Shown here: piece after piece, positions 40,133 through 53,153 of the stretch | Position numbering within the stretch: position 1 is the stretch's first letter | Layout: each line of letters opens with the position of its first letter | Assembly: GCA_040954595.2 (NCBI GenBank) | Contig: CM082579.2 | Coordinates: forward strand, 5,266,879 to 5,330,878 | DNA from: Balanoglossus misakiensis | Lineage: Eukaryota > Animalia > Hemichordata | DNA length: 64,000 nt | Reading direction: 5' to 3' | Notes under the pieces: model-generated | Told to the model about the DNA's origin: nothing | What the model saw: the letters and a program-made list of their open reading frames with translations, nothing else | The model's database searches: none | Program-made: the position numbers and the translations under genes

Positions 40133-43100
40133 CTAATGAGGTGACGTGGTGACGTTGCCCAACGGAGCCCAGTCTGGATATCGGTAGACATCAAACACCC
40201 AAACAGCCAGGGTGTGCGTTGTCAGATTGACAACAACCACACAGATCAAATTCATAACGCAGCCTGCCTTCACCTGAAACAGATATAAGCAATATTTCAC
40301 GTGACCACTAGAACGTGCTTGTCTTGTCATAAATATTGCACTCTTATTTTACTAAGGGTTTCCACTTTTACGCTTTGTGGAGTTTCTGTTCTCTATGTCT
40401 TCTCTGTTTCTAAAGTTATGAACACTGACTGAGTGACTAATTTCACTTACCATGTCAGAGACCTTGAGGAAACCTGCAGAATACGCAACGATATTCGGTC
40501 CGGACGATATTGGCAACATGAATGCAAACGATGCTGACAACACCGTAGGAATGACAAAAAACAACGGATTCACTTCCATGTGTTCTGCCTGTAACAAAAA
40601 TAGATCGATGAAGAAATACATCATATTTCAAAGTGTCGCAATGCCTTCAGTTTTAAAAGAGGGGTTGTCTCGATGTAAGTATGTGTGTGGCCACACTCAC
40701 ATGTGCCTGACGATGTCGCCCTGTCAGTTTAAGTACAATGTATGACTATATACTGACAGTCCGACATCGTCAGGCGCCTGTGGCTACACTTACCAAGTCG
40801 GACATGATGGGCAGCAAGATGATGACCACACTGGCGTTACCAAGCCCTTCGCACAAAGTGGCAACGGTGAGACTGATCAGGAACACTATCACAGACGGGT
40901 CCAAATATGACAGACTACCCAGTTTATCGGCGATTAACACTGATAATCCAGATTTCTGCAAGAAAGATGGATGATGGATCAATTTAATGTGCTTTGGAAC
41001 ACACAGTTACTCCAGTAGGCCTATGTAGCAGTGATTTTCATTCACCAATAATTAGAGCCAAATTCAAACAGATCTTAAAGTTCTTATCTTTAGTAACGGA
41101 TATTAAATGAATGTTCACGTCACATTATTGTCTGTCGCGATCAACTTTGCTCTCTTCTATAGACAGTTGCCCTTTTCGCAGGCTCATCTCGAAGAATGCT
41201 AAACGCGAACGGCAAACTGTATATACCTGGCAGGCGTGACCCAGGGCAAACATAGAACCCAGAAGCAGAAACAAAATCATCCACGGAAACTTGGTTTTCA
41301 TCACTGTCCTATCAAGTAGACGCTCCCATTCAAACTTCTTTGTAGGGTCTGCAAATATACAACGATACAGCAACAAGTTATTTCCAAGCACTTTAGGCCA
41401 TTTGCCCATTGTACAATAGAGAAAGATGTACAGATGTTCCGCTCAGGAGATCCCGTGAAAGTTCTTGTACTCGGATACATAATGGTGTTCAATGATTTTT
41501 TTTCTGGCAGAAATTAACATGAGATTCCGAACATGACAACAATTCCATTCAACCTCGCCTTAGTATAACCACGCATTTTCGCACCTGTTTTGAAAGCGAT
41601 AAAGGCCTTCCTAGGATCTGCTGGCAATATGAACAGGAGTATTGCCGCTGATATCGAAGAGACAGTGATGCTTACGTACCTAGTAAATAAATAAAAAGTG
41701 CGATGTTTGATAGTGGTAGAATATGTTTAATTCAACGCTCAAAGCTCAAACGTTTGTTTTTATCCATATATTTCATGATACGAGAAATGATCAGACATGA
41801 CATAGTACATACATCTCTGTCTGTCGGTCTGTCTGTCTGTCTATCAAGTGGTATTTGAGATAACACTATAGGATAATTATATAGACACCAATGGAGTTTG
41901 TTTTGCCAAAATCTTACCCATTTTTATCAAGTGATGTCCAACCAGGAAAAAGTTTCGGGTCGGCAAAGAACCACAGTAAGATAAGCACCGTGAAAATTAC
42001 TAACACTGATCCTTCTGCAAAACTACAAGAGGAAAGAAAGAGGAACAAGTTCGTTGAAGTGAATATTCACAACTGTTTATCACTGCCTAAAAATTGGTTC
42101 ACTCATATTATAGCTAGGTTACAGGAATACAAAAACCTCCAATTTACATATGCCCATATATGGGCGTTTCTCGATGGTGTATTGCTTTTCTAGGCCTTCC
42201 ATAAGGGAAAAACACATTCGAATGCTTACCTGACAGGTCCAAGGAGTTTTAATTCATCACGCAAAAACACTCTCATAGCGTCGTCTTTCTTTTTGCCACG
42301 ATTGCACCTTTTTCGACAGTTGAAAAAATTACAAACGTCCACTAATCTGTCGTATCGTGAAAGGAAAAGAAATTATGAAGTCACGGACCACTAGAACAAT
42401 CACCACCACCACAACCACCATAATTATTTGAGTCTTAAATGTCGTTTGATAGCGTCAACCGTTACAATGTCAACTCATGCATTATCTCGTGAAAAGCTGC
42501 CGTTTATTCATTAAGGTAGCACGTGCCCCGAGGGCAGAATGATAGTATATACTTATTTTAGCAACAACTAGAGCCATCATGAAATCCGTACAAATGATCT
42601 TACTTGAGATCAAGAAATAGCCACTGTAACCATATCCATCCAATAAAGAGACAGAAAAATAGGCAAGGTGAAGCAACTGCAATCCAAGACGCAAAATCCA
42701 TGATCTCGGGGCCGTATCGCCTGAAAAAAAGCATGTGATAAACAATTTGTGTTAACCGTCAACTTGATATACTATGGTGCAGAGGACTATACACAGACTG
42801 ATGCCTTCGCTGATTCTTGGCTGTTAGTGAGAACAGAACAGCAAAGAATCAGCAAAGGTAAAGATCGAGCCCACCCTACATCTGATTTTAATCTAATTGG
42901 ACGTGGTCAATCTTTGGGAAAATGAAAATCTGTTCATCTATTGAACCACCAATCCCGGAATATTTCCGGCGGTGTTATACTTACTCGGAGAGAAATTCCT
43001 TCATGAAGACAACCTGGAATACTCCTACCAAAGAAGCCGTTCCACCCAGCAGTGAACAGTACGAGATACCTAACAGGAACGCCTTTTCGATGTTATCATC

Positions 43101-44413
43101 CGATTGACTGCGTTCGCGTGGTTTAGAGTGTGTGCCTTTTGTAGGAACGCCATCTCTGTAAACCAATTAAAGGTGTACAATCACATCTAGTTTACATACA
43201 TGTATGCCTATATATGCTAAAATGGGTGTGTCACAGTCTTCAAATAACCATGTGGTGGCGCTCATTTTTTCGCCTGTGCCACCTGCAGAAAATATTTAAT
43301 TGGTTATATTTAAATTTTCCATGGGAACAGTGGTTGAATTTACATATAGGTGGCATGTACGTTAAGGATATTCGCGAACTACGATCCCCATGGATTGTGT
43401 CTCTTCCCATAGGATTACACCAACAATTGCTAGAAATACCCATTTATACTATTGTCATTATTTTTTAATGCCAGATTTTCAGGCCACAACGTTAGAAAGT
43501 GGTCACTTACTTGGAAGGTGTAACATCGATGTCACGTACTTCTAATAGTTCGCTTTCTTCTAGTACTTCGCCGCCATTTTCTCTTGCTATTGTGGCTAGA
43601 GACGCCTCCGTCTATTAAGTAAACATAACGTTGAAGGACTTGCTGTATATGTTTCAAACCTCGAAATTTGTATAGTTTAATATTTTTATACACCAAGACG
43701 TAAATATTTAGCAAAACTAAATTATAGAATTAAAATTGTTGTTTTGTCTTTGATGAGAAATAGTAAAAAAGTGTTTTTAAATGGTGTTCTTAATACCTGG
43801 GATTCTTTTTTCTTGATTTCTTCGGCCATTGCTAGCGCTATAGGTATCAGCATGGCTGCCGTTGCCGTATTAACCATCCACATAGATAAGAAGAAAGCGA
43901 CCGACATCAGGGCTAAGAGAACGCTGCGGTAGAGGAGATACACTTGGTTAGGGAGCTTTCAGTAATTATGAGGGGGGGGGCGGGATGGTGGTGGTGGTTT
44001 TAATCGTCTTGGTGTCAGAGCCATCGACTGCTGCACGAAACAGAAAAAAACATTCACTCGTGTAGGATCAAGTACACTTACGCCCCCTTCGTCGTTCCGA
44101 TAAGGAGTACACTCAGCAGGGCTATCCTCTTGTGAAGGTTACAATTTTCGACGGCGACAGCTACGGTGAAAGCGCCGAACACAAAGAACAGCGGGTCCTT
44201 CATGTAGGCAGCAGCGGTGTCCCGGGCATTCAGCACCCCCAACGCTGGAAACAGAACTAGCGGGATCAGCGCTGTGATAGCCAGTGGCATAACCTCAAAC
44301 ATCCAGTATATGGCGACGATGAACAGCACATAGGCACATGAGGTCTCCTAATCGGGAAACAGTTATGGGAACGTATCAGTCGGCAACTAAAATACCACTG
44401 GTGATGGTGATGG

Positions 44414-44477
<64 letters not shown>

Positions 44478-45355
44478 AAGTAGAACAAGAAATTGTGCCA
44501 TTTTCATGACCGCTGATTAACCTTACATCCTGCGCTAGTTTGGTACTTTGTTGATATGACACATCATACATCATTTTGAGTTTACTTACATTCACCCTTT
44601 TGTAACAACAAACAGAATTCCCCTTTGTGATCTATGATGAGTTAGAGTGAACAAATTCAGTTAGGGTGGTTGGTTTCTCCAGAGTACAATCTCAATATGG
44701 TTAAACTCATACGGACCAAATGGCAGGTCACGGGTAGTAATGAAATGACGTGGCCTTTTGACGTTTGTTTCGGAACTGCAGGGGGCCCAACGGTGAGTTT
44801 CGAGGTGGAAATTGGTGGGGATTCGAGACGGGATCAACCATTTCATTTCGCTTCGACAAGGTCACCGTTATGTCGACCTGCCCTCGGCCCTCTTTGGGGT
44901 GGGGGGGGGGGGTAGGGGGCAAGACCAAACCACTCTGCCAAAACTTTGTAAAAACACACTCCCTACTTCGGTGTAAATGTTCATGTCTCAAGAATTTGAA
45001 CAACCGACAATTTCTAAAGTTTCTAAAGGTTTCTAAAGTTTTTTTAAAATCATTTCACTTATAGAATAATAAAATGACAATAGATGCAAGCATGCATTTG
45101 TGACAAATCGCTAACTCTCTCATGATATGCCAACGAAAGCACACTTGACATTTAGAAACAAAAATTCAACTTTTACTTTACGATCAACCTAATCATACCA
45201 GAGGCATAGCACGATGTAAGGGCACAATGGACCATTGATGTAGAACTCACCGAGTTTCCATCCAGCAGAGGAGAAAACACTATCGGCGTGAGAACGAGGA
45301 TGAGCAAATCACGCAGTGACCATAACGCTTGCAAGCATATCTTGATTCGGCCCAT
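40133..45355 (-). CDS. SLC13: SLC13/DASS family (Na+/dicarboxylate-sulfate symporter-like) transporter, paralog A, 588 aa
   Basis: 13 coding exons: 45251-45355, 44082-44347, 43797-43923, 43511-43611, 42985-43155, 42604-42720, 42230-42346, 41918-42022, 41585-41679, 41227-41348, 40794-40955, 40451-40588, 40133-40273. All GT-AG, frame continuous (1767 nt). SLC13 motifs: YWMFEVMPLAITALIP, AVENCNLHKRIAL, FLSMW..NTAT, SFAFMLP...PN, DMVKAG. Confidence 0.93.
44400..44477. repeat. (GAT)n microsatellite in intron 1 of SLC13 paralog A
   Basis: Long perfect gatgatgat run; source of the spurious poly-His and poly-Met ORFs. Confidence 0.95.
44521..44659. repeat. Interspersed repeat, copy 2 (first copy at 1794-1930)
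   Basis: Colinear similarity to 1794-1930. Confidence 0.7.
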
Positions 45356-46193
45356 CTTGGCAATGGTCCTGTGGATTTAAGGTTATAGAGCAGAGCAGAT
45401 ATTACTTGAACCACGGGTCAGTGTTTCAGTGTCGCTGTTCAAGTTGTTTGCAGGGTATAGCAATTCCGTACAGAGAGGCAACGAGCTGGGTAATGATTCC
45501 ACGGGTCAGTGCTCTTACAGTATTAGAACATAACAATAGGAGTATCCTTTCAACTACATAAATCGTCTTTACTCTAGCTTTCGGGCGGAACACACAGTAA
45601 TGGAATATATAACGCGGGGGCACAGGTGGTTCGCACGATCATTAGGACACACGCAGATGGGCCATCTTTACAAAGCTAACAGTGTCTGAAACGTCGTGAA
45701 TGATCAGAAAATACGTACCCGGTCACTGGAAAGTGAAGAAATGTAGAACTTCCACTTGGCGACCGAGCAAGACGGAACACCTAACACTTCGTCTATTCAA
45801 AGTGGGATGGTTTGTATTTAGGGACTGGCCAGTTAATCCAACCTAGGAGGGGGGGGGGCAGTCAGTCAGTTTGATTTGTTGCATATCAAAGGGTCGTTAA
45901 CCCCAGAAAAACAGGTTGCGCCCTCACGCGAAAACATATACACAATTTATCTGTGTATATGTCTTACCCAAGATTCCCATCATGCACAAACAACCAAACC
46001 TTTCTTCATGTTTACTCACCGTAAACTCACCGTTCTACTTCTAAGAGCTCGTCAGTCGTCACTTTCTCAATTGTCACAATGTGTGAAGAGTGGATCCTTT
46101 AAAGTAAGCTTGACAAAGGACTTTCCTCTGTCAAGCTGTTTATCACTTTAAAAAATCATAATTATGCAGGAACGTTCGTAAATTCGCATCTCC

Positions 46194-46546
46194 TTAAAGG
46201 GACAAAGTCTCTCTCATGCTGCCCTTTTTCCATTAATTATTTTAGATACAAGACACTGTTTATGTCAATGTACATGTGTGTATGTAGTGAATGAACGTTG
46301 GACCACACAGATCTTCCATCCCACTTGTATGGTATGAGAGTAAAAACTCGCCCAAAATGAATAAATGGTAAACACCGATTATTCATTTTGGCGAGTTTTT
46401 CACTCTCGTGTCTGCCAGTGGGATGGAAGTTGTCTGTGGTTGAACATTGATTCACTATAAATCCACATGTAGAATAACATAAACAGTGTCTTGTATCAAA
46501 CATAATTAATGGAAAAAGGGCAGCGAGAGAGACTTTGTCCCTTTAA
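46194..46546. mobile_element. Non-autonomous DNA transposon (MITE) with ~45-bp TIRs and TTAA flanks, Kolobok-like
   Basis: Left end TTAA-agggacaaagtctctctcatgctgccctttttccattaattat; right end ataattaatggaaaaagggcagcgagagagactttgtccct-TTAA. TTAA target duplication with purine-purine termini is typical of Kolobok elements. Confidence 0.85.
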
Positions 46547-47588
46547 AAACATCTCCTTAAAATTTATTGTGTTTTCTTTGCCATATGGAAACAGAATGTA
46601 GACTATATCTCCATTAACATTGAAAACAAAATATATTTTTGTTCAGACTCACAACATACACAGAAAAAGTGGTTTCGTCGGCGGACTTGGATATATACTT
46701 TGTGCGGTGCCGGACGTTCTCATTCTATTTTTTCGATAAAGTGTTGCTCACATCCTTTAATATAAAACACAATTGTATATGTTTTAATTACTTTGCTGAA
46801 TACTCTATTTCTCATGATATATAGGCCCGTGTTAGGTCAAAAAATAACACTATCATTTACTGTGAATATTTACCATTGAGAGGTTTAAACGTGTCCAGGC
46901 TGGTTTTCGCTGTGCAATGGAAAAAAGCAATCGATGGGATGCGCTACGCGTCGCTTCACTTCACCTTTCACTGCACTATTATAACTACAAGCCGAACAGG
47001 TACGCGGTGAGATCGGCCGACTGCTGTGCGAGAACTTTATTTCCAAACCAGACGATCGACGCCATTGTCTTTCTGTCTCGCCTGACGGTGATTTCCCCGA
47101 GAAGCGGTCGTTTTCATCCGAAACAGTGGCCCAGAAGGGTAGGTGTATAATTATACGGTGAAGTTTCAAGGTAGAACTAAACTGTGTGACAGAATAGGCA
47201 GTATGCTCAGAACAGTCAGGGACAATGGAATTCCATGTATAGCCAGCCTACGAGGCTTGGCTATTTCAAGGTCGAGCGAACAATGTGATATATATAGGTG
47301 GTATACAGTATACCTTCTCAGTGTGAAATATATTTTCTTGATAAGGTAACGTCTCGTCACATCAGGTTAACTTTGCAGTAATAGGACAAACTATTTTATA
47401 CTGGTGTAAGATGCCCTGCAGTTATTATAAATGCATAATAGAAGATCTTTAATATATCGACGGTTTTCATATACACTATAAGGAAGTCAACAACTTCAGA
47501 ACACCAAAGTTCCTGACACTCAAACGAGTTCACAGTGGACAATCATAAGCACTTTCCCCAACCTTTACCTTACAGAACCAATTCAAAG

Positions 47589-50500
47589 ATGGCCGGAGCC
47601 AAGAAGTTTTTGCAGACCTTATGGTCTCTACGTGACTTATTCATTCTTGTTCTGACACCGATCGTGTTTTGTCCTCTTCTGGACGGCAGTCCGGTAAGTA
47701 ACGCTTACAATTGAATATATGGTTTTCACAATGGCATAACTTACAGGTAGTATGTGTCAGTGACCTTATTATAGACACGGGCGGTAGGCTCTGTAGGTCA
47801 ACGATCGAGGCGAGCGGTTACACGGATTCAGGCCATTGACAAGTAAACCGTACAGTTTGCTGTCAAACTCTGAGGTTCGAAGGTAGGAGCCCTCGTTTCT
47901 TGAGACGGTACTGGGATTACACAGTGGAAATTATCATTGGTCTGTAGGCAGGAGGCCTACACATTTTGAACATACTAGTAGAACATAAAGTTCACCCAAA
48001 TAAAATGACTGAGAAGTCAACCTTACAGTTTTTACTGGAAAAAGTGTCAGGTTTACTAGTACATCATCAGACCGGCCATTTGTAACAAAGAAACTGTCTG
48101 GTTTACTAGTAAACCTACCAGTTTCAAACAGTCATAGCAGAGTCGGTTCCGGAAGACTAGAAGCATGGTTAGAACACTGGGCAGAGGTAAAGAGTGGTAT
48201 ATATATTGGGATCCTTTGTTTTGGACCATTTCCTGCGCCATCTATTCTCAAACGGACCTGATAACTTCCGTTGGGGGAATTCCGATACCACCTCAAGAAA
48301 ATTGCACCTCGACTTGCAAGACACCGCCCTACGATAATTTCTCTTCCAGGAAGGCGGATGTGCCTATGTGCTGTTCATCGTCGCCATATACTGGATGTTC
48401 GAGGTTATGCCATTGGCTATCACTGCGCTGATTCCTGTATTCCTGTTTCCAACACTGGGAGTGCTGAGCGCCAATGATACCGCTGCTGCCTACATGAAGG
48501 ATCCGATTTTCTTTGTGTTCGGGGCGTTCACCATGGCTATGGCCATCGAAAAGTGGAATTTACACAAAAGACTGGCTCTGTTGACTGTACTGCTCATTGG
48601 TACAACTACAGGAGCGTAAGTATGAGAGTAGTTTTAGGCTAAGGGTATATATGTGTGATAACTAGTGTTAGCTGATAACAAAATTCTTCCAGGCTACTTT
48701 GAAGTAAATGATTTGGTCCATGTTCCATCCATGGCAACAACTGAATGTATCTCATCGACCTCTTTTCTCACAGTATTCTGTTAGGATTGATGCTAATTTC
48801 CTTCTTCCTGTCAATGTGGATGATAAACACTGGCACGGCAGCACTGATGGTACCCATAGCACTCGGCATAGCTGAAGAGATTGGGAAAAATGATTTCGAG
48901 GTAACGCTTGACATTACATGAGTGTAGCGAGTGTGCCCAAAGAGAAATCCAAATTTTAATGATATTTTGTTTTTCTAATCTTTGGACCAAAATAATCTCG
49001 TCTGGCAATTGTCTACATTGCAGTTGTATCGTTTATAAGGGCTTTGTGACAGTTTTGTCTCATAACCAAACATATTAATAGACTGAGTATTGTTGTATTG
49101 TTAGCACAAACAGCCGGATGTCGACAAGCTGTCCCAGACAGCAAGTGTGAGTGTTGTTGAAAATGGAGGCGGAGTAAGTGAATTAAATGAAGTTAATGTA
49201 GTAGTAGACAGGTGAGTAAAGTATACGTACCACTGACACCTGTTAGAGTCTGCCTTACTTTCTGTCTATCTGTCTGTCTGTGTATGTTTGTACATACGTA
49301 TGTACATGTGTGTGTTGCGTGCGTATATGTGTTACATTTTCGCTTGGCATACATATGTCATGGTTTTGTTTGGAACAGAGATGGCGTCCTCGAAGGTGAC
49401 GTTCAGACTGATTCACGTGCGTGCATCCTGCCCAGACGGTCCAGTGAAAAGATGGAGAAGGCCTTCTTGCTGGGAATCGCATACTGTTCCCTGATGGGCG
49501 GATCGGCCACTTTGGTAGGAACGACCCATCTTGTCTACATGGCTGAATTCCTTGTACAGTGAGTTTCCCGCCATGCGAATTCTGCCAATAATTGTTTTAG
49601 TCACCACGGAAAGCTTTTGGGGGCGTTGGAGAATTTGAGACCAATTTTGTCCTCAGCCACAGGGACTTGTGATTATAGGCCCAAGGAGACTATCCACAAC
49701 AGTCGATCGCCGAACCCCTTCACCGATCATGTGCTTTCTTGCAGGAGGTACGGTTCCGAAGCCATGGACTTTGCTTCCTGGACTGCGGTTGCTCTGCCAT
49801 CTCAGTTCATCTGCATCTTCATTGGGTGGCTATGGTTACAGTGGTTGTTTCTTGATCTCAAGTAAGAGATACATCTGGACTGTTATGAAAACATCTGAAT
49901 GAGAACACAGAGCGTGTGCTTGCCTCTTTTGTTCTGTTTTTCGGGTTCCAGTTTGTGGGTAACATCAACCACCGTCTGTCTTTTCCTGCTTTGTCAGCTG
50001 TCTGTTTCCAGAAATTGAGTGTTTCTCAGTCTCTGTTGTTGTTTACATTCGACAGGTGGGCAGATGTACGTGCTTACTGTAGTTGTCGAAAGAAACATGA
50101 AGATGAGGATGAGGATAATGACACAAAAAATGGCAGAGTGAAACAATATCTTCGCGGAGAATTAAGACGTCTTGGTCCAGTCAGGTAGTCCAGTCACGTC
50201 TTTTGAACAAGTGCCACATGGAAAACATTCGGCCTTTTTGTTGCCTGTGTGTGAATGGAAATGAAAAGTTTTAACAGAGATTGTATTAGTGCTGATTCAA
50301 TGATAGCTAGAGAATTTCTCGAGAGCCAGGGTCAAGTCTGAGACCGGTTTTACGAAACTGTGAATCCTCCTTGTCTTGTAGTTTTGCTGAAGGGTCACTG
50401 TTGGTTCTGTTCATCGTTCTGATTTTATCCTGGTTCTTTGCCGACCCGAAACTGTTTCCCGGCTGGACATCACTTGATAAAAATGGGTGAGTATTGATCA

Positions 50501-51916
50501 CTCTTTAGTTTTAGGCACCTACATGCATTCTTGTATAAATTGACGTTTAAATTAAAGCTATCAGAACGCAATGAAGTATATCGAGAGGAAGATCCAAACT
50601 GGGAGATCCTTGCTACTATGGAAACGGGTTAAATTAATATGCGCTGTTGATAAGAAACAGAGTTGTTGTTCATCGAATTTTGATTACATTTTTTCGTCCC
50701 ACAAATTGCTATGATCGACTCCACTGAGAATGCCTATTTCACCTGTATCTGTTATAGCAGTTGCAATTATGCGTGTACACATGAAACATTTCTTGTATCG
50801 TTTTAATTTCTTGAAAGGTACGTAACCATCACCGCCTCGTCCATGCTTGCGACTATACTTCTCTTCATACTGCCGGCTGAGCCGAAAAAGGTCTTTGCCA
50901 ATTTCAGAGCAGGTATAAGCAATACGATTTGAAACGATTACACATTCCAATACATGTTGCTATACATGTATACCAATTATAGACGATTTATTAAACCGTC
51001 TTCATCAGCCTCAACAAAGACGGGTCAGTTTGTTAAACGTCACGAATAGACTGAGTGAACATTGATTTCCAAAGGTGCAAAGAATGACACGGTCCTGTCA
51101 CACACGTTGTTTTTGCAGACACAACCAAGAAATTCGAATGGGAAAGACTGCTTGATCGGACGTCACTGCAAACTAAGTTTCCAGCGATGGTCCTGTTTGT
51201 GATATTGGGCTCTATGTTCGCTCTAGGCTACGCCTGTCAGGTACAGTATACGTTGATATTCTCTACATTCTTTGTGGGTTACATGTAGACGGATATTGCT
51301 CAAGCATGAGATATGTGAGGATCATGGCAGAACACCTGAATATTTCCACTGACAATCACCACACTCTTGATGCTAATGAGGCTTCACGTTTTCTCTCTTC
51401 CAGAAATCTGGATTATCGATGTCAATCGCTCAGAAACTGAGTCAGTTATCATCTATGGAACCGTCTATGATAGTTTTCCTGATTAGTTTAACTGTTGCCG
51501 CGTTGTGTGAAGCTCTCGGCAACCCAAGTGTTGTCATCATCATGCTGCCCATTCTGTCAGACTTGGTAAGTCTAGTTAGAATTTTTCTTTGTTAAAACAT
51601 AGAGAAACATAACATTTGGAGTTAGTAGGGCCGATTTGTAAATTTTCTATCGCTGCTCTGGTAGTACTAACAAAAATCCTCCCCACACTCGCTAAAGTTT
51701 ACGAGAAGGCATTGCGTGTTGAAACAATATAACTATCATAATTATTGTTATATTTGTAGGCAGAAGAAATGGAAGTGAATCCGTTGTATTTTGTCATTCC
51801 CATGGTACTTTCAGCGTCGTTTGCATTCATGTTGCCAATATCGTCTGGACCGAATATCATTGTATATTCTGCAGGCGTCCTCAAAGTTTCTGACATGGTA
51901 TGTTTGTTTGTTTGTT

Positions 51917-51967
<51 letters not shown>

Positions 51968-52285
51968 GCTTACTCGCCGGTAAAAACGTGTCGTGAACGA
52001 ATTCGAATTGGTAAATGGAATTTTGGAAACGGTTAATAGTGCAAAGGCAAGTTAGCTGATGTAACACACAAAAGCGAAATTCTCACTGAAATATTGCGAC
52101 AGATAAATCATTCTAATAGCAAACTACTGTTTTATCTGTTCCAGGTGAAGGCAGGCTGCGTTATGAATTTGATCTGTGTGGTTATTGTCAATCTGACAAC
52201 CCATACCTTGGCGGTTTGGGTATTTGATATCTATCGCTATCCAGACTGGGCACCATTGGGCAACGACACTATGCCGTTGCCTTAG
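47589..52285 (+). CDS. SLC13: SLC13/DASS family transporter, paralog B, 594 aa
   Basis: 13 coding exons: 47589-47693, 48350-48615, 48774-48900, 49114-49211, 49379-49558, 49745-49861, 50056-50184, 50382-50486, 50818-50912, 51119-51240, 51404-51565, 51760-51897, 52145-52285. Same intron phases as A; 1785 nt open frame. Confidence 0.93.
51918..51965. repeat. (GTT)n microsatellite in intron 12 of SLC13 paralog B
   Basis: Direct inspection. Confidence 0.95.
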
Positions 52286-52370
52286 AAGAGGAGGAACTCT
52301 GGTCCATAAAAGTTCATTTGCACAACGTATCTCTGTTGAGAACAATTATACAATTTATTTCACAATCATG

Positions 52371-52403
52371 TTATTATTATTATTATTATTATTATCATTA
52401 TTA
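52371..52403. repeat. (TTA)n microsatellite in the 3' UTR of paralog B
   Basis: Direct inspection. Confidence 0.85.
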
Positions 52404-53153
52404 TATCTAAACAATTATATTATTTCGATATTTATCACTATAAATCGTGTATCATTATATAATGTATAATCGCATTGGCTAGTAAATGATCGAAAATGTT
52501 CATCATGCGATATAAAGATTGGCGGATTTTGTTTCTCATTGTAAAGACAAAAACGATACTCAATAAACTAACTATGTATAAGATTTTGGTGCGTATGATT
52601 TGTATGATTAAGCGTAATTTGCATAATTGCCTCTATGGACAATATCCCAAGAACCTGTTACTGAAATTTGGAAGGAAAGTAACTCAGGCGAATATCTATA
52701 GACCGTTTTTCCGCTTTTTGCTGATTGAATCGTACTAAGAGTTGGTTTTAATTGTGGTCTTTGGCACGTGTCTCAAATATGTCTGACACATTTTGACTGG
52801 CCATGAGGGTAAGAGCATAGGTTTGTTTCCCCGGGTACTGTAAGTCACCCCATAGTAATTTTCGGGGGTGACACAGTGCACTTTCCGAAATCATTTTTAT
52901 ATCAATGCGAGCTTGTTGTATGAAACCTGTCACATACTCTGGTTCGTGTGTCTTTATCAGCAATGATATCGATCGTTGGCATATTGCATAAAACGCCCCC
53001 AAAATTGTTACAACAACGCAGAACTTATTGTTGGCTGCACGGGTAAACATCCACGCTGCTGTTAGAGCATTAGTTTTGGAAGACACCTCACGTTGTTTGA
53101 TGCGTACTGAGTTTTGCGGCGATATTGCCTAAACCTACAGGACCAATGCAAAG

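Noticed and set aside
44266-44595. Poly-His and poly-Met ORFs
   Set aside because: Artefacts of the intronic (GAT)n microsatellite.
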